From Escherichia phage phiE31-2: DNA of 51,468 bases. The position numbers and the translations under genes are program-made. The notes beneath the pieces were generated by a model. It did no database searches. It saw nothing but the letters and a program-made list of their open reading frames with translations, and was not told the origin of the DNA. The first letter of the stretch is position 1. Each line of letters begins with the position of its first letter. Where the stretch lies: the sequence record PP988008.1; one strand, 5' to 3'. Of this stretch, positions 19,599 through 28,226 are shown piece by piece.

Positions 19599-20004
19599 TA
19601 AAGGCGATTATCTAGAGTTTTACGAAAGAGATCCGACGGATACGCTAAAAGAGGAATCACACCAGATCGGGGCGTTTCAATGGTTGACTTATGCTTACCC
19701 TGAATTACTGGCATGGCATACGAAAAACGAGGGCGACAAGGGAATCGCCACCGCAATGATGGATCAGCAAGCTGGACTCGTTAAGGGAGTAAGTGATTTT
19801 ATCATCCTGATTGGATTAAAAGGCCGTTACCCGTTCGCGGCTATTGAGATGAAACGCGTCAATAAGTCTGGCAAGGGTAAGGCTTCACCAGTCAGCAAGG
19901 AGCAAAAAGCCTTCTTGCGCCGTGTGCGTGAACTTGGCGGATTCTCTGCCGTAACATACGGATATAAGCAATTCATGATCGCTGTAGAATACATGATGAA
20001 ATAG
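19585..20004 (+). CDS. VRR-NUC domain nuclease
   Basis: 139 aa; D..(AIEMK) PD-(D/E)XK core; overlaps helicase stop. Confidence 0.65.
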   Translation: MAMTDKGDYLEFYERDPTDTLKEESHQIGAFQWLTYAYPELLAWHTKNEGDKGIATAMMDQQAGLVKGVSDFIILIGLKGRYPFAAIEMKRVNKSGKGKASPVSKEQKAFLRRVRELGGFSAVTYGYKQFMIAVEYMMK

Positions 20005-20044
20005 CACTTTTTGTTAAAACAGGCGCGAAGGATTGCGCCATAAT
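20002..20044 (+). promoter_or_regulatory. conserved-motif promoter-like element (upstream of dam)
   Basis: TAGCACTTTTTGTTAAAAC - 18 nt containing GGCGC/GCGCC inverted repeat - CATAAT; TAG is stop of upstream gene. Confidence 0.55.
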
Positions 20045-20078
20045 AACACCAGTTCAACAAGCAACAGGTAATTAAGAA

Positions 20079-20780
20079 ATGAGTAAAGAAACTGAAGTGA
20101 CATTTGAACAAATAGAACGAGAAACATTCATTGGCAATGCTCTTGCTACTGGTGGTCATTACCAGGCTGTTAAACCAAATCAATATTTCAAAGTTACTGG
20201 CAACCGCTATAACGGCAGCAATACGCCGGACGTTGTGCGCGATTTGTGGTCTACGCCGTATGAGCTTGTCGAATGGATGGAAAGCGAATACGGTGATTAT
20301 GACATCGACGCGGCGGCAAGCAAAGAAAATGCTGTATGTGAAAAATTCTACAGCAAGGAAACAAATTGTTTAAAGCGTTGGTGGGGTAGTAATAAGCATA
20401 TATGGCTGAATCCACCGTACAGCAATATTACGCCATTTGTTAAGAAGGCGATTGAGCAAATGGAGCACGGAAACCAGATCGACATGCTTTTACCTTGCGA
20501 CACGTCAACAGGATGGTTTTATGAGGCGCAACAGCACGCAGCGGAAATAATCTGGATCACTGGAGAAGTTTACCAGGAGGACGGAACAGAATATTCCCGC
20601 ACCGGACGCTTGGCGTTTACTTCCGCGCTCACAGGTAAGCCAGTGCAGGGAAACAACAAAGGCAGCGTTATTTTCATCATGCGCGAACTGAAAGAAGGTG
20701 AGCAGCAGAAAACGCGATACGTTAAAATCAGCGACATTTGCCCTTCGGTGGCAGACCGTCGCGCACGGAAACGGAGCTAA
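20079..20780 (+). CDS. dam: DNA N6-adenine methyltransferase (phage Dam-type)
   Basis: 233 aa; catalytic NPPY motif (WLNPPYSN); phage-Dam-like N-terminus. Confidence 0.8.
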   Translation: MSKETEVTFEQIERETFIGNALATGGHYQAVKPNQYFKVTGNRYNGSNTPDVVRDLWSTPYELVEWMESEYGDYDIDAAASKENAVCEKFYSKETNCLKRWWGSNKHIWLNPPYSNITPFVKKAIEQMEHGNQIDMLLPCDTSTGWFYEAQQHAAEIIWITGEVYQEDGTEYSRTGRLAFTSALTGKPVQGNNKGSVIFIMRELKEGEQQKTRYVKISDICPSVADRRARKRS

Positions 20781-20784
20781 AACC

Positions 20785-21024
20785 ATGCAAAAAGAAAGAA
20801 GCGTTTATTTAAATGAAACTGGAGAATGGTTGTTATTTCGCGCTATGGTTTGCGATGCGCTTGATAAAAACGATTTCATAAAACCGCTATTATGTTGCGA
20901 TCCGTGGGAGTTTACAAGCGCGCTTGACATGAGCTTTGAGGAAACAAGAAAGCTACCGCTTGAAAAATGGCATGAGCAGATCTGTAAAGACTTGCAAGAG
21001 TTTTACGAATCCGCGTCAAAATAG
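20785..21024 (+). CDS. hypothetical protein
   Basis: 79 aa from ATG after ACGGAG RBS; stop TAG embedded in conserved motif. Confidence 0.5.
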   Translation: MQKERSVYLNETGEWLLFRAMVCDALDKNDFIKPLLCCDPWEFTSALDMSFEETRKLPLEKWHEQICKDLQEFYESASK

Positions 21025-21064
21025 CACTTTTTGTTAAAACGCCCGGCCTTGTGTCGGGCATAAT
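21022..21064 (+). promoter_or_regulatory. conserved-motif promoter-like element
   Basis: Identical 19-mer - 18 nt (GCCCG/CGGGC inverted repeat) - CATAAT. Confidence 0.55.
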
Positions 21065-21096
21065 TATTTCATCAAAACGAACAAGAGGAAAATAAA

Positions 21097-21276
21097 ATGG
21101 TTGTTTACGATCCACGCGCTTTTAAAATTGCTCAAGAAGTTTCACGCGAATCTGTTGCTGGCGGTTCGGTTAACGGCTATCAGTTTGATTGGTCGGCAGC
21201 AATGACCTTGCTTAAGGTTGCATATGGTCACGCGCCAATTGAAACAGCGGAGGCATATTATAAGCATGAAGGTTGA
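21097..21276 (+). CDS. hypothetical small protein
   Basis: 59 aa ORF (below ORF-track cutoff) with AAGAGGAAA RBS directly downstream of promoter-like motif. Confidence 0.4.
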   Translation: MVVYDPRAFKIAQEVSRESVAGGSVNGYQFDWSAAMTLLKVAYGHAPIETAEAYYKHEG

Positions 21277-21508
21277 ACAAGGTAGGCAGGCTGTATGGGA
21301 TCACGCAAAGGAATGCGGGATCGCAGAAGACATAGCCAGGATAGCGAAATATTTTGATATTGCCGACATAAGCATTATCAGCGGCGACAAAATGACATTT
21401 CTCAATGAGCGACCGCGCAAAATGCATCGCGTACCTGCAATACCAACAAAGATTGATTTCAAAGAGGCTATGGCGAAAATTCGCGAGCCGCGCAAATACT
21501 ACAAATGA
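21266..21508 (+). CDS. hypothetical protein
   Basis: 80 aa from ATG with GGAGG RBS; overlaps preceding small ORF by 11 nt. Confidence 0.45.
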   Translation: MKVEQGRQAVWDHAKECGIAEDIARIAKYFDIADISIISGDKMTFLNERPRKMHRVPAIPTKIDFKEAMAKIREPRKYYK

Positions 21509-21519
21509 GGATTATTATC

Positions 21520-21594
21520 ATGTGGCGTTTGTTACTTTTGCCCTTACCTGTTATGATGGCGATCTCTATTGTATATGTTGTCATAATGAGATAA
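21520..21594 (+). CDS. possible small hydrophobic peptide
   Basis: 24-aa ORF MWRLLLLPLPVMMAISIVYVVIMR with GAGG RBS; its stop lies in the RBS of the next gene. Confidence 0.25.
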   Translation: MWRLLLLPLPVMMAISIVYVVIMR

Positions 21595-21606
21595 GGAGAA
21601 TTTTTG

Positions 21607-22722
21607 ATGAAGCAAATCAAAATCACAGATGAACAATTTATCAATGAGCGCAAGCAGGGAAAGACATATAAGCAGATCGCTAATGAGTATGGTATGAACG
21701 TTCGCAGCATTGAGCGACGCGCGGCACGATTAGCAAAGCAAGGTAAAGTTACAACCATCGGATCACCTGGTTTTGGTGTTACTGGAGAATCAAAGCTAAT
21801 TGATAAAGATGGCAATGTGGTTATGACATGGATTAAGACAAGTAAGGACCGCGAACAGTTAGAAGCATTAATGCAGGCCGCTATGGATGCATTTAGCGAA
21901 GAAGTTCCTCGACTTGATCCACAGCCAGAATCACAAAAGGATTATAGCGAGACGTTATCACTGTATCCGATCTTTGACATGCACTTGGGAGCAATGGCGC
22001 ATAAGCATGAATGCGGCGAGAATTGGGATACAGCAACAGCAGAGCGCGTAATGAATAATTTCATTGATTATTCCATCCAGTGCGCGCCGGATAGTGAAAA
22101 GGCTGTTTTACTGATTGGTGGTGACATGCTTCACAGCGACGGACTGGAGGCGGTGACACCTGCAAGCGGTCACGTATTGGATCAAGATAGTCGATATGCA
22201 AAACTTGTTTATGTTGCCATCCGGTCAGTGCGTCGAGCAATTACAAAGCTGTTATCAAAACACAAAAACGTCGAGATTCAGATCATTGAAGGCAACCACG
22301 ACCAAAGCGGCATGATCTGGTTGCGCGCAGCAATGGCGGCAGCATATGAGAATGAGCCACGAGTGCATGTTGATGTTTCTCCGCGAGTAGTTCATCACAC
22401 ACAATATGGCAAAACATTCCTGGCATACCATCACGGGCACACTATCCGCAAGCCTGAAACATTGCTCATGATGTGCGCGGCAGACTGGCGCGAAGACTTC
22501 GGCAATTCAAAAATGATGTATGCTCACGTAGGGCACTGGCATCATCAAACAGTAACTGAAACAAGCCTGGGCATTGTTGAAGTGCATAGCACTATGGCGG
22601 CAAAAGATGCATATGCGGCGCGCGGTGGGTGGCGCTCTCGTCGCCGTGCGGCTGTTATTGTTTACGATAAAGAATACGGAGAAGTCGGGCGATTTATGCA
22701 TTATCCTGAAATGGCTGGTTGA
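21607..22722 (+). CDS. HTH domain fused to calcineurin-like metallophosphoesterase
   Basis: ATG after AAGGAG; N-terminal HTH-like YKQIANEYGMNVRSIERRA; phosphoesterase motifs DMH, GGDMLH, GNHD, GHWHH in order. Confidence 0.65.
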   Translation: MKQIKITDEQFINERKQGKTYKQIANEYGMNVRSIERRAARLAKQGKVTTIGSPGFGVTGESKLIDKDGNVVMTWIKTSKDREQLEALMQAAMDAFSEEVPRLDPQPESQKDYSETLSLYPIFDMHLGAMAHKHECGENWDTATAERVMNNFIDYSIQCAPDSEKAVLLIGGDMLHSDGLEAVTPASGHVLDQDSRYAKLVYVAIRSVRRAITKLLSKHKNVEIQIIEGNHDQSGMIWLRAAMAAAYENEPRVHVDVSPRVVHHTQYGKTFLAYHHGHTIRKPETLLMMCAADWREDFGNSKMMYAHVGHWHHQTVTETSLGIVEVHSTMAAKDAYAARGGWRSRRRAAVIVYDKEYGEVGRFMHYPEMAG

Positions 22723-22765
22723 ACTTTTAATCATTGAAATATAAATATAAATCATCAATTTAATT

Positions 22766-22797
22766 GGGCGTGGCATTTTGCTTCGCCCTTTTTTTAT
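22766..22797 (+). terminator. rho-independent terminator after phosphoesterase gene
   Basis: GGGCG-13 nt-CGCCC then TTTTTTTTT. Confidence 0.6.
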
Positions 22798-22868
22798 TCC
22801 TTTTTGTGCGTTCAATGGTTAGGATACAATCAATTAATTGTTGACTTTTATATACAGGAGATCTAATC

Positions 22869-23084
22869 ATGAAAGATTTTTTAAACGCTGCAACTTCCGG
22901 CACTGGCGGAGCGTCAATCACTGGCGCGGTAACTGGTCAAACAACAATCGCAATAGCCAGTTTGGTTTTGATGGCTGCATTTGGTATGTGGGGCGCTTAT
23001 CTTCGTTGGCGTGACAGTAAGGCGCTACGTGACGCGCTTGAATGCGGTGATATTAAGAAAGCTATTGAGATCAGAGGTAAATAA
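22869..23084 (+). CDS. holin
   Basis: 71 aa, single TMD ([20 protein letters not shown]), charged C-terminus; immediately upstream of endolysin. Confidence 0.6.
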   Translation: MKDFLNAATSGTGGASITGAVTGQTTIAIASLVLMAAFGMWGAYLRWRDSKALRDALECGDIKKAIEIRGK

Positions 23085-23572
23085 TGAGTATAAAACAAAG
23101 AGTGACCGCTGCGGCTTTTGGCGTTGCTCTTGCCCTTACTTCTCCGCTACTGGAGGAAATAGAAGGAGTAAAACATAAGCCGTACAAAGATATTGCTGGG
23201 ATATGGACGGTTTGCGCCGGAATAACTGGACCTGACGTAATACCAGGTAAAACGTACACACAAAGAGAGTGCGATGCACTACTGGCAAAGCATGTCAAGA
23301 TCGCAAAGGATGAAGTTGATAAACGTGTAAAGGTTGACATTCCTGATACAATGCGCGCAGCAATGTATTCATTCACATACAATGCTGGAACTGGAGCTTT
23401 TAGAAATTCAACCATGCTTAAGCTGATTAATAACGGTCGTTATATGGAAGCGTGCAATCAGTTATGGCGATGGACAAAATACACCAATCCAAAAACAGGA
23501 AAGAAAGAAACGTCTAAAGGACTGCGCAACCGCCGCGCGGTGGAATTTAAATATTGCATTAAGGATCTGTAA
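23084..23572 (+). CDS. SAR endolysin (T4-lysozyme-like glycoside hydrolase)
   Basis: N-terminal weakly hydrophobic signal-anchor-release-like segment ([15 protein letters not shown]) then E-x8-D-x5-T catalytic triad; TAATG overlap with holin. Confidence 0.8.
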   Translation: MSIKQRVTAAAFGVALALTSPLLEEIEGVKHKPYKDIAGIWTVCAGITGPDVIPGKTYTQRECDALLAKHVKIAKDEVDKRVKVDIPDTMRAAMYSFTYNAGTGAFRNSTMLKLINNGRYMEACNQLWRWTKYTNPKTGKKETSKGLRNRRAVEFKYCIKDL

Positions 23573-23574
23573 TC

Positions 23575-23973
23575 ATGAGAAAGTTATCAGCAATCGCGAT
23601 CGCTGTTATTTTGTCTGGATGTTCAAGCGTTACGCCACTGACCGGATTAATCGGTAGTAAGCCGGAAATCACAGCACAGGCAGGAGCGGAGAACGTAAAG
23701 CAGACCGTTGGCGTTACCGCAAAGCAGGACGCCAGCACAAAACAGGAAACTACAATAAAGGAATCTGCGGTTGATAAGGTGGACACTTCCAGCAAGAAGG
23801 ATTTCACTACGTCAACCATTCAGGCAAACACCATCAAGGCTGATAAAATCCAGGTTGTGCAGGGTGAGCAAAGGAAGTGGTACGATCCTATAATCTATTG
23901 CGCTGCAATTTTCAGTGGTCTTTTGTCAATGCTTTACTTTTCCTACCGCAAAGGCAACAAAAAGGAGGCTTAA
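23575..23973 (+). CDS. unimolecular spanin (u-spanin)
   Basis: 132 aa; N-terminal lipoprotein signal with lipobox LSGC plus C-terminal TMD (IIYCAAIFSGLLSMLYFSY); last gene of lysis cassette as in T1. Confidence 0.75.
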   Translation: MRKLSAIAIAVILSGCSSVTPLTGLIGSKPEITAQAGAENVKQTVGVTAKQDASTKQETTIKESAVDKVDTSSKKDFTTSTIQANTIKADKIQVVQGEQRKWYDPIIYCAAIFSGLLSMLYFSYRKGNKKEA

Positions 23974-23988
23974 CGCCTCCTTTGTTTT
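23963..23988. terminator. bidirectional terminator after spanin
   Basis: GGAGGC-TTAAC-GCCTCC then TTTGTTTT; spanin stop codon in loop. Confidence 0.55.
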
Positions 23989-24208
23989 ATAGTGAATCCA
24001 TCAAATCTTGAAAGCTGTTTCCGCTATAATCATTCTCGACAAGAATGTAAGCACCTTTCTTCTTTATATCCCATAGCATTTCATTGTATTCGTAACGATT
24101 TATTTCAAACGTGCTGCCATCTTCTCTTGTCGCAGTTCCTTTGTCGTTGAAAACATCAAAAGTTACATTGATGATTTTTGTCTCTTTCTTTGTTACTTTG
24201 ATAGCCAT
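23987..24208 (-). CDS. hypothetical protein
   Basis: 73 aa from ATG with GAGGA RBS downstream of promoter-like motif. Confidence 0.5.
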   Translation of the reverse strand: MAIKVTKKETKIINVTFDVFNDKGTATREDGSTFEINRYEYNEMLWDIKKKGAYILVENDYSGNSFQDLMDSL

Positions 24209-24241
24209 TTTTAAAATCCTCATATTCGTTCCGATGAAACA

Positions 24242-24284
24242 AATATACCCGATACGAGATCGGGAGTTTTAACAAAAAGTGCTA
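24242..24284 (-). promoter_or_regulatory. conserved-motif promoter-like element
   Basis: Minus strand TAGCACTTTTTGTTAAAAC - 18 nt - TATATT upstream of 23987..24208. Confidence 0.55.
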
Positions 24285-24476
24285 TTCAATACGCTTTACA
24301 GTAACCAACAAAACGCCGTCCTCATCACACAAATTATGCTCTGATATATCAAACGCTCGCATGTCAGAATGAATGAGCGTTAACATTGCGTGCATGAAGT
24401 CGTCATGTGAGATTGAACTTACGGCGCAGAACTTCAATATTTTGTCTATTAGCATTTGACGTAAACAATTCTTCAT
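24282..24476 (-). CDS. hypothetical protein (start uncertain; overlaps upstream ORF)
   Basis: 64 aa ORF; stop TAG embedded in conserved motif; overlaps 3' end of 24403..24795 in another frame. Confidence 0.3.
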   Translation of the reverse strand: MKNCLRQMLIDKILKFCAVSSISHDDFMHAMLTLIHSDMRAFDISEHNLCDEDGVLLVTVKRIE

Positions 24477-24795
24477 CGCTCATTTCTCCGATCCTTAAAA
24501 CATCCCTTACCCATTCGTTTTGCATACCTTCAAGGCTGTAAAGTTCAAACGAGAAAGGGCGATTTGCTGATCCTTTCTTACACCAGAACTTTCCACCAAC
24601 TCCATCAAGATAACCAGCGGTCATCATTCTTGCGCAAAACTCTTTTGAAACGGCGGTTGCAAACATTCTCGGCGTAAATCCTGCGGCCCTTGCGAGCCGC
24701 TCACATTCTCTATGCTGAAAGATAAATTTTGCTATATGTTGACGCGTAAACCATTCGAAAGACTCACACCAGCGATAAATATCAAGTAGAAACAT
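24403..24795 (-). CDS. hypothetical protein
   Basis: 130 aa ORF starting 2 nt after stop of upstream gene. Confidence 0.5.
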   Translation of the reverse strand: MFLLDIYRWCESFEWFTRQHIAKFIFQHRECERLARAAGFTPRMFATAVSKEFCARMMTAGYLDGVGGKFWCKKGSANRPFSFELYSLEGMQNEWVRDVLRIGEMSDEELFTSNANRQNIEVLRRKFNLT

Positions 24796-24797
24796 AA

Positions 24798-26381
24798 TTA
24801 CCCCAGCAATGTTGGATTTACGAAAACAACGCCATTAATCACACAAATATAATTTCTTTCCTCAAGCATCGGAAGCAGTTGCGTTTCCATTCGCTTCATT
24901 ACGCCAGCCTGACCAACAAACGGCTTAACTTTTCGTGCAGCCTCATATATGGCGCGAACATTCAAGATTCCCTTATTAGCCTTTCCGTGTCGAGTGATGA
25001 TCTCGATTAGTTTACCCATTTCAGCATCATCACCAGCGTAGCCAGAAGCGTTGGCGGCGCTAATGTATGTTTTGCTCAACTCGCTAAACATCAGCAGTGC
25101 TTCCTGAACGGTTTCAACCTCAATCTCTTTCGACTTTTGAGGGTATCCGCAAGGATTAAACCAATTGCGGATAGTGTGCAAAACCGAAGCAATCCTGATC
25201 ACCTGCTTATCCATTTTGCCAAGCGCACCGCGCAGCATTGTATGCGAATACTTTCCGCCATCGGCAAGGTGCGGTTCCATCTCCTGACGAGCCATGTTAA
25301 GAACTCGCATTGCTGATTTGCTGATCTTAAGCTGGATGTTTGATTCGCTCATGATGTTATGGATCAGCTTAAAATATTGGCTTTTCAGTTCCCCATCAAC
25401 AGGCTCATAAGTCGAATCACCGTTATCATCAACAAACTTTCTACGGCCTAAAAATGATTCCTCACGCACAAGCAAATAACGCTCACTTACACCGATACCG
25501 CGCGATCCTGCATCCATGATGGCATTGATTGTTTCATCCTGGGCAATTACCGCCATACAGCCAAGAGCTTTAAAACTCATATTGTTGTCAGCGTTTGCAC
25601 GAGCTATAGAAACATGACCATGATCCCATGCTTTCAGCACAAGTTCGCTGTTGGTTTTACGTTCGCTATTGGCATATGTCAGACCTAAAAGGCTGTTAAT
25701 ACTCGTTGCCTCGTCTGAAATTACAGCAAAGTTACCCTGGCGATTATTGATTCTTGCAAGTCCTTCCGGCGTGGTGTCGGACACAGGGAAAACAATGTCA
25801 CACATCTTTTCCAGCTTTTCTTCAAGATCTTCTTTCTCCTGGTATAGCGATTCCATATCAGCGCCGGAGCGCTCGCTTTTCATCTCTTTTGCAAGACCTG
25901 CCAACTTTGCCTGAATCTTTTTTCTTTCCTTCTTTCGCTGATCGTTAATTCTTTCCACTTCCGCAACCATTGGAGCAAGTGCCAGGCTGTTAACGGCAGA
26001 TTTACCAGTTGAAGGAGGTTGGCTTGTAACAACGTACAGAGCGGTTGGTTGATCCGTTCCGTGATACTCAACAGTGAAGCGTCCAAGCATTGCAGCAGAC
26101 ACGCATCCGATAAAATGCATATATGCCGATGATTCAGGGAATTGAACAGATCGAGCAATGTTGCGCGCCAACTTTCCAACAACATCAACATCATTGCCAA
26201 GAGAAATTACAGGGTAGCGATCGTTTCCGTTATTAACATCATTAACCTCACCCCAAAAGCTGGACGATTGACGGTATCCGTTTGCCTGAATGGACACGCG
26301 CACCGGAGACAATCCTTGCGCATCAGCTAATTCGATAATTTGTTTTGGTGTTAGTTTATTGGTTTCAAACGAAAAATTCAT
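24798..26381 (-). CDS. P-loop NTPase, putative replication-associated protein
   Basis: 527 aa from ATG with AAGGAG RBS; Walker A-like QPPSTGKS; coiled-coil K/E-rich segment; large early leftward gene. Confidence 0.6.
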   Translation of the reverse strand: MNFSFETNKLTPKQIIELADAQGLSPVRVSIQANGYRQSSSFWGEVNDVNNGNDRYPVISLGNDVDVVGKLARNIARSVQFPESSAYMHFIGCVSAAMLGRFTVEYHGTDQPTALYVVTSQPPSTGKSAVNSLALAPMVAEVERINDQRKKERKKIQAKLAGLAKEMKSERSGADMESLYQEKEDLEEKLEKMCDIVFPVSDTTPEGLARINNRQGNFAVISDEATSINSLLGLTYANSERKTNSELVLKAWDHGHVSIARANADNNMSFKALGCMAVIAQDETINAIMDAGSRGIGVSERYLLVREESFLGRRKFVDDNGDSTYEPVDGELKSQYFKLIHNIMSESNIQLKISKSAMRVLNMARQEMEPHLADGGKYSHTMLRGALGKMDKQVIRIASVLHTIRNWFNPCGYPQKSKEIEVETVQEALLMFSELSKTYISAANASGYAGDDAEMGKLIEIITRHGKANKGILNVRAIYEAARKVKPFVGQAGVMKRMETQLLPMLEERNYICVINGVVFVNPTLLG

Positions 26382-26409
26382 TGATGATAACTCCTTTTTG
26401 ATGCGGCAA

Positions 26410-26452
26410 TAATACCGCACCAATGCTACCCGCATTTAACAAAAAATGCTAT
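26410..26452 (-). promoter_or_regulatory. conserved-motif promoter-like element
   Basis: Minus strand TAGCATTTTTTGTTAAATG - 18 nt - TATTAT upstream of P-loop gene. Confidence 0.5.
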
Positions 26453-26670
26453 TTGATCCGCTCTATGCTAACTAAGATTTTTTCTGGTTCCTTTGCACTA
26501 TGGCAATGCGCGGTTACAGAATCAACAAAATCAAAGTAAAGTGATTTGTGATATGAGAATCCAATCAGCCACCCAACCATCGTTTTCTTTATTGGCCTGA
26601 CTATATCGCCAGGCTTAAAGGTTTTTGTTGCCGAATGAGTCACCTTATAGCGATATTCAGCCTTGATCAC
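26449..26670 (-). CDS. hypothetical protein
   Basis: 73 aa ORF with GTG start overlapping upstream stop. Confidence 0.4.
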   Translation of the reverse strand: MIKAEYRYKVTHSATKTFKPGDIVRPIKKTMVGWLIGFSYHKSLYFDFVDSVTAHCHSAKEPEKILVSIERIK

Positions 26671-27053
26671 TTATACATAGCCTCAAACAAATGACAGCCA
26701 CCAGCGGAAAATCCAACTTCTTCGCGGTATAGCGTCCAGCGGTCGCCAGCTTCATCAAACACATAACCAGCAACAGCGCCAAGCGCGCGGCCTTGCTCAA
26801 TCTGGTAGCGCTTTCCTTCTTTGAAATGCTTTTTACACGGGATCTTGTGATCTACAAAGGTGCATTTAATTGTTTTTGTCTTGATATGACGATAGTCAGA
26901 CTCAACAGCGTTTTGCCACTTGCTACCCTTTGTAATGCTCTTTACCTGGAATTGTTCCAACTCGATCACATCATCGCTACCAGCAATTTTTTCGTATACA
27001 GCTTTATAACGACCGTTCATCAAAACGTTGGTTTTATTGCAGATAACTTTCAT
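26667..27053 (-). CDS. hypothetical protein
   Basis: 128 aa with AAGGAG RBS downstream of promoter-like motif. Confidence 0.5.
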   Translation of the reverse strand: MKVICNKTNVLMNGRYKAVYEKIAGSDDVIELEQFQVKSITKGSKWQNAVESDYRHIKTKTIKCTFVDHKIPCKKHFKEGKRYQIEQGRALGAVAGYVFDEAGDRWTLYREEVGFSAGGCHLFEAMYK

Positions 27054-27084
27054 CGTTTATTTCTCCTTTCGTTTCGGTGAAGTG

Positions 27085-27127
27085 ATTATGCCAGGCTTTT
27101 ACACCTGGCTTTTAACAAAAAGTGCTA
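27085..27127 (-). promoter_or_regulatory. conserved-motif promoter-like element
   Basis: Minus strand TAGCACTTTTTGTTAAAAG - 18 nt (GCCAGG/CCTGGC hairpin) - CATAAT. Confidence 0.55.
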
Positions 27128-27835
27128 TTTTGCGTTAGCTTCAAAGACGGCGCGAGCAAAACCTCGCGGAGTGAGGGAGCGGATCATCTTTGTGCGAGAT
27201 GATTTTCCGCCAGTTTTGGCCCAACCAGGATTATCCTTGTCATCCTCTTTAGGAAGGATTGTTGCGCGCGGAGGAATAACAAATCCGTTTCCAGTCCAAA
27301 GGCATGTTTTCTTAAAGTACCGATCGCGCGCAGGAATAATATCAGGAAAGTCGGGATGTTTATCATCTTCCGGCAGATAGCCAGCATAATCGCACGGATG
27401 GAACGTATAATCAGGCTTGCGCCATAACGTTGACAGCTTTCCTACAGGATTCTCTATCATGTACGGAACACCGAAATAATCAGCGATATGCGCCGCAATT
27501 TTGCAAGTGTCGGCGGCTTCATCCTGGAAAGCTGGATTCTCAAGGCGTTTTTTGGTCCAATGGCGAGATCCGCTATTCGCAAGGTCAGTGCACGGCGGAA
27601 ATGCCATAATGAAATCAGGCTTGCCCCAATTTTCAAGTTTTGCGGTATATTTGAATAGCTCATCAATCCACACATTAACGTAAAAAATATTATCATGGAT
27701 TATGCGCACTGATTGGTAATCTCCGTGATCGGCATCATCGTAATTAAAGCAAATGCATTTATATCCAGCATCAGCCCAATCTTTAACGGCCTTACCAGAT
27801 CCATCAAACAAAGAGAAAATTAAACCTTTATACAT
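27125..27835 (-). CDS. compact DNA (cytosine-5)-methyltransferase-like protein
   Basis: 236 aa; C5-MTase-like motifs in canonical order and spacing: I FDGSG (aa 10-14), IV FPPCT (79-83), VI ENP (128-130), VIII PARDR (168-172), IX-like RSLTPRGFARA (219-229); only ~45 aa where a target-recognition domain would be; no motif X. Confidence 0.55.
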   Translation of the reverse strand: MYKGLIFSLFDGSGKAVKDWADAGYKCICFNYDDADHGDYQSVRIIHDNIFYVNVWIDELFKYTAKLENWGKPDFIMAFPPCTDLANSGSRHWTKKRLENPAFQDEAADTCKIAAHIADYFGVPYMIENPVGKLSTLWRKPDYTFHPCDYAGYLPEDDKHPDFPDIIPARDRYFKKTCLWTGNGFVIPPRATILPKEDDKDNPGWAKTGGKSSRTKMIRSLTPRGFARAVFEANAK

Positions 27836-27844
27836 TTCATCACC

Positions 27845-28069
27845 TCAAAACGGAAAGCATCTAGGACAGTTCGGATCAAAATTGCAACCACAATCATTAA
27901 CAATCATTGTTGGATCTGCAAATGCAGCGCCGCATTCATGGTCCATATCCATTTCACCCAACGCATCATCAAGCGTCCTGATTTTATATGCGACTTCAAG
28001 CGCTGCCTCTTTATTCAGTCCGGCATCTTCTGCTTTTTGCAGTCGCTCAAAAAAACCGTCTTGACTCAT
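27845..28069 (-). CDS. hypothetical Cys-rich protein
   Basis: 74 aa; C-terminal CGCNFDPNCPRC cluster suggests metal binding. Confidence 0.45.
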   Translation of the reverse strand: MSQDGFFERLQKAEDAGLNKEAALEVAYKIRTLDDALGEMDMDHECGAAFADPTMIVNDCGCNFDPNCPRCFPF

Positions 28070-28179
28070 TTAATAAACTCCTTAACAACAGCAAGAATAA
28101 TCACAAGCCCAGCAGTAAAAGCAAGCAAACCGACAAGGCCGATCATAACACCAAATAAAATATCAAGCGCCTTAATCAT
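28066..28179 (-). CDS. possible small membrane peptide
   Basis: 37-aa hydrophobic ORF with GGTGA RBS; stop overlaps ATG of next gene (ATGA). Confidence 0.3.
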   Translation of the reverse strand: MIKALDILFGVMIGLVGLLAFTAGLVIILAVVKEFIK

Positions 28180-28226
28180 TTATTCACCATTTATAAAATG
28201 GGAGGCGGAAACCTCCCATTGATTAA

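Noticed and set aside
21405-21632. 75-aa ORF from the track
   Set aside because: No RBS; lies entirely inside or across better-supported genes (21266..21508, peptide 21520..21594, RBS of 21607) in another frame
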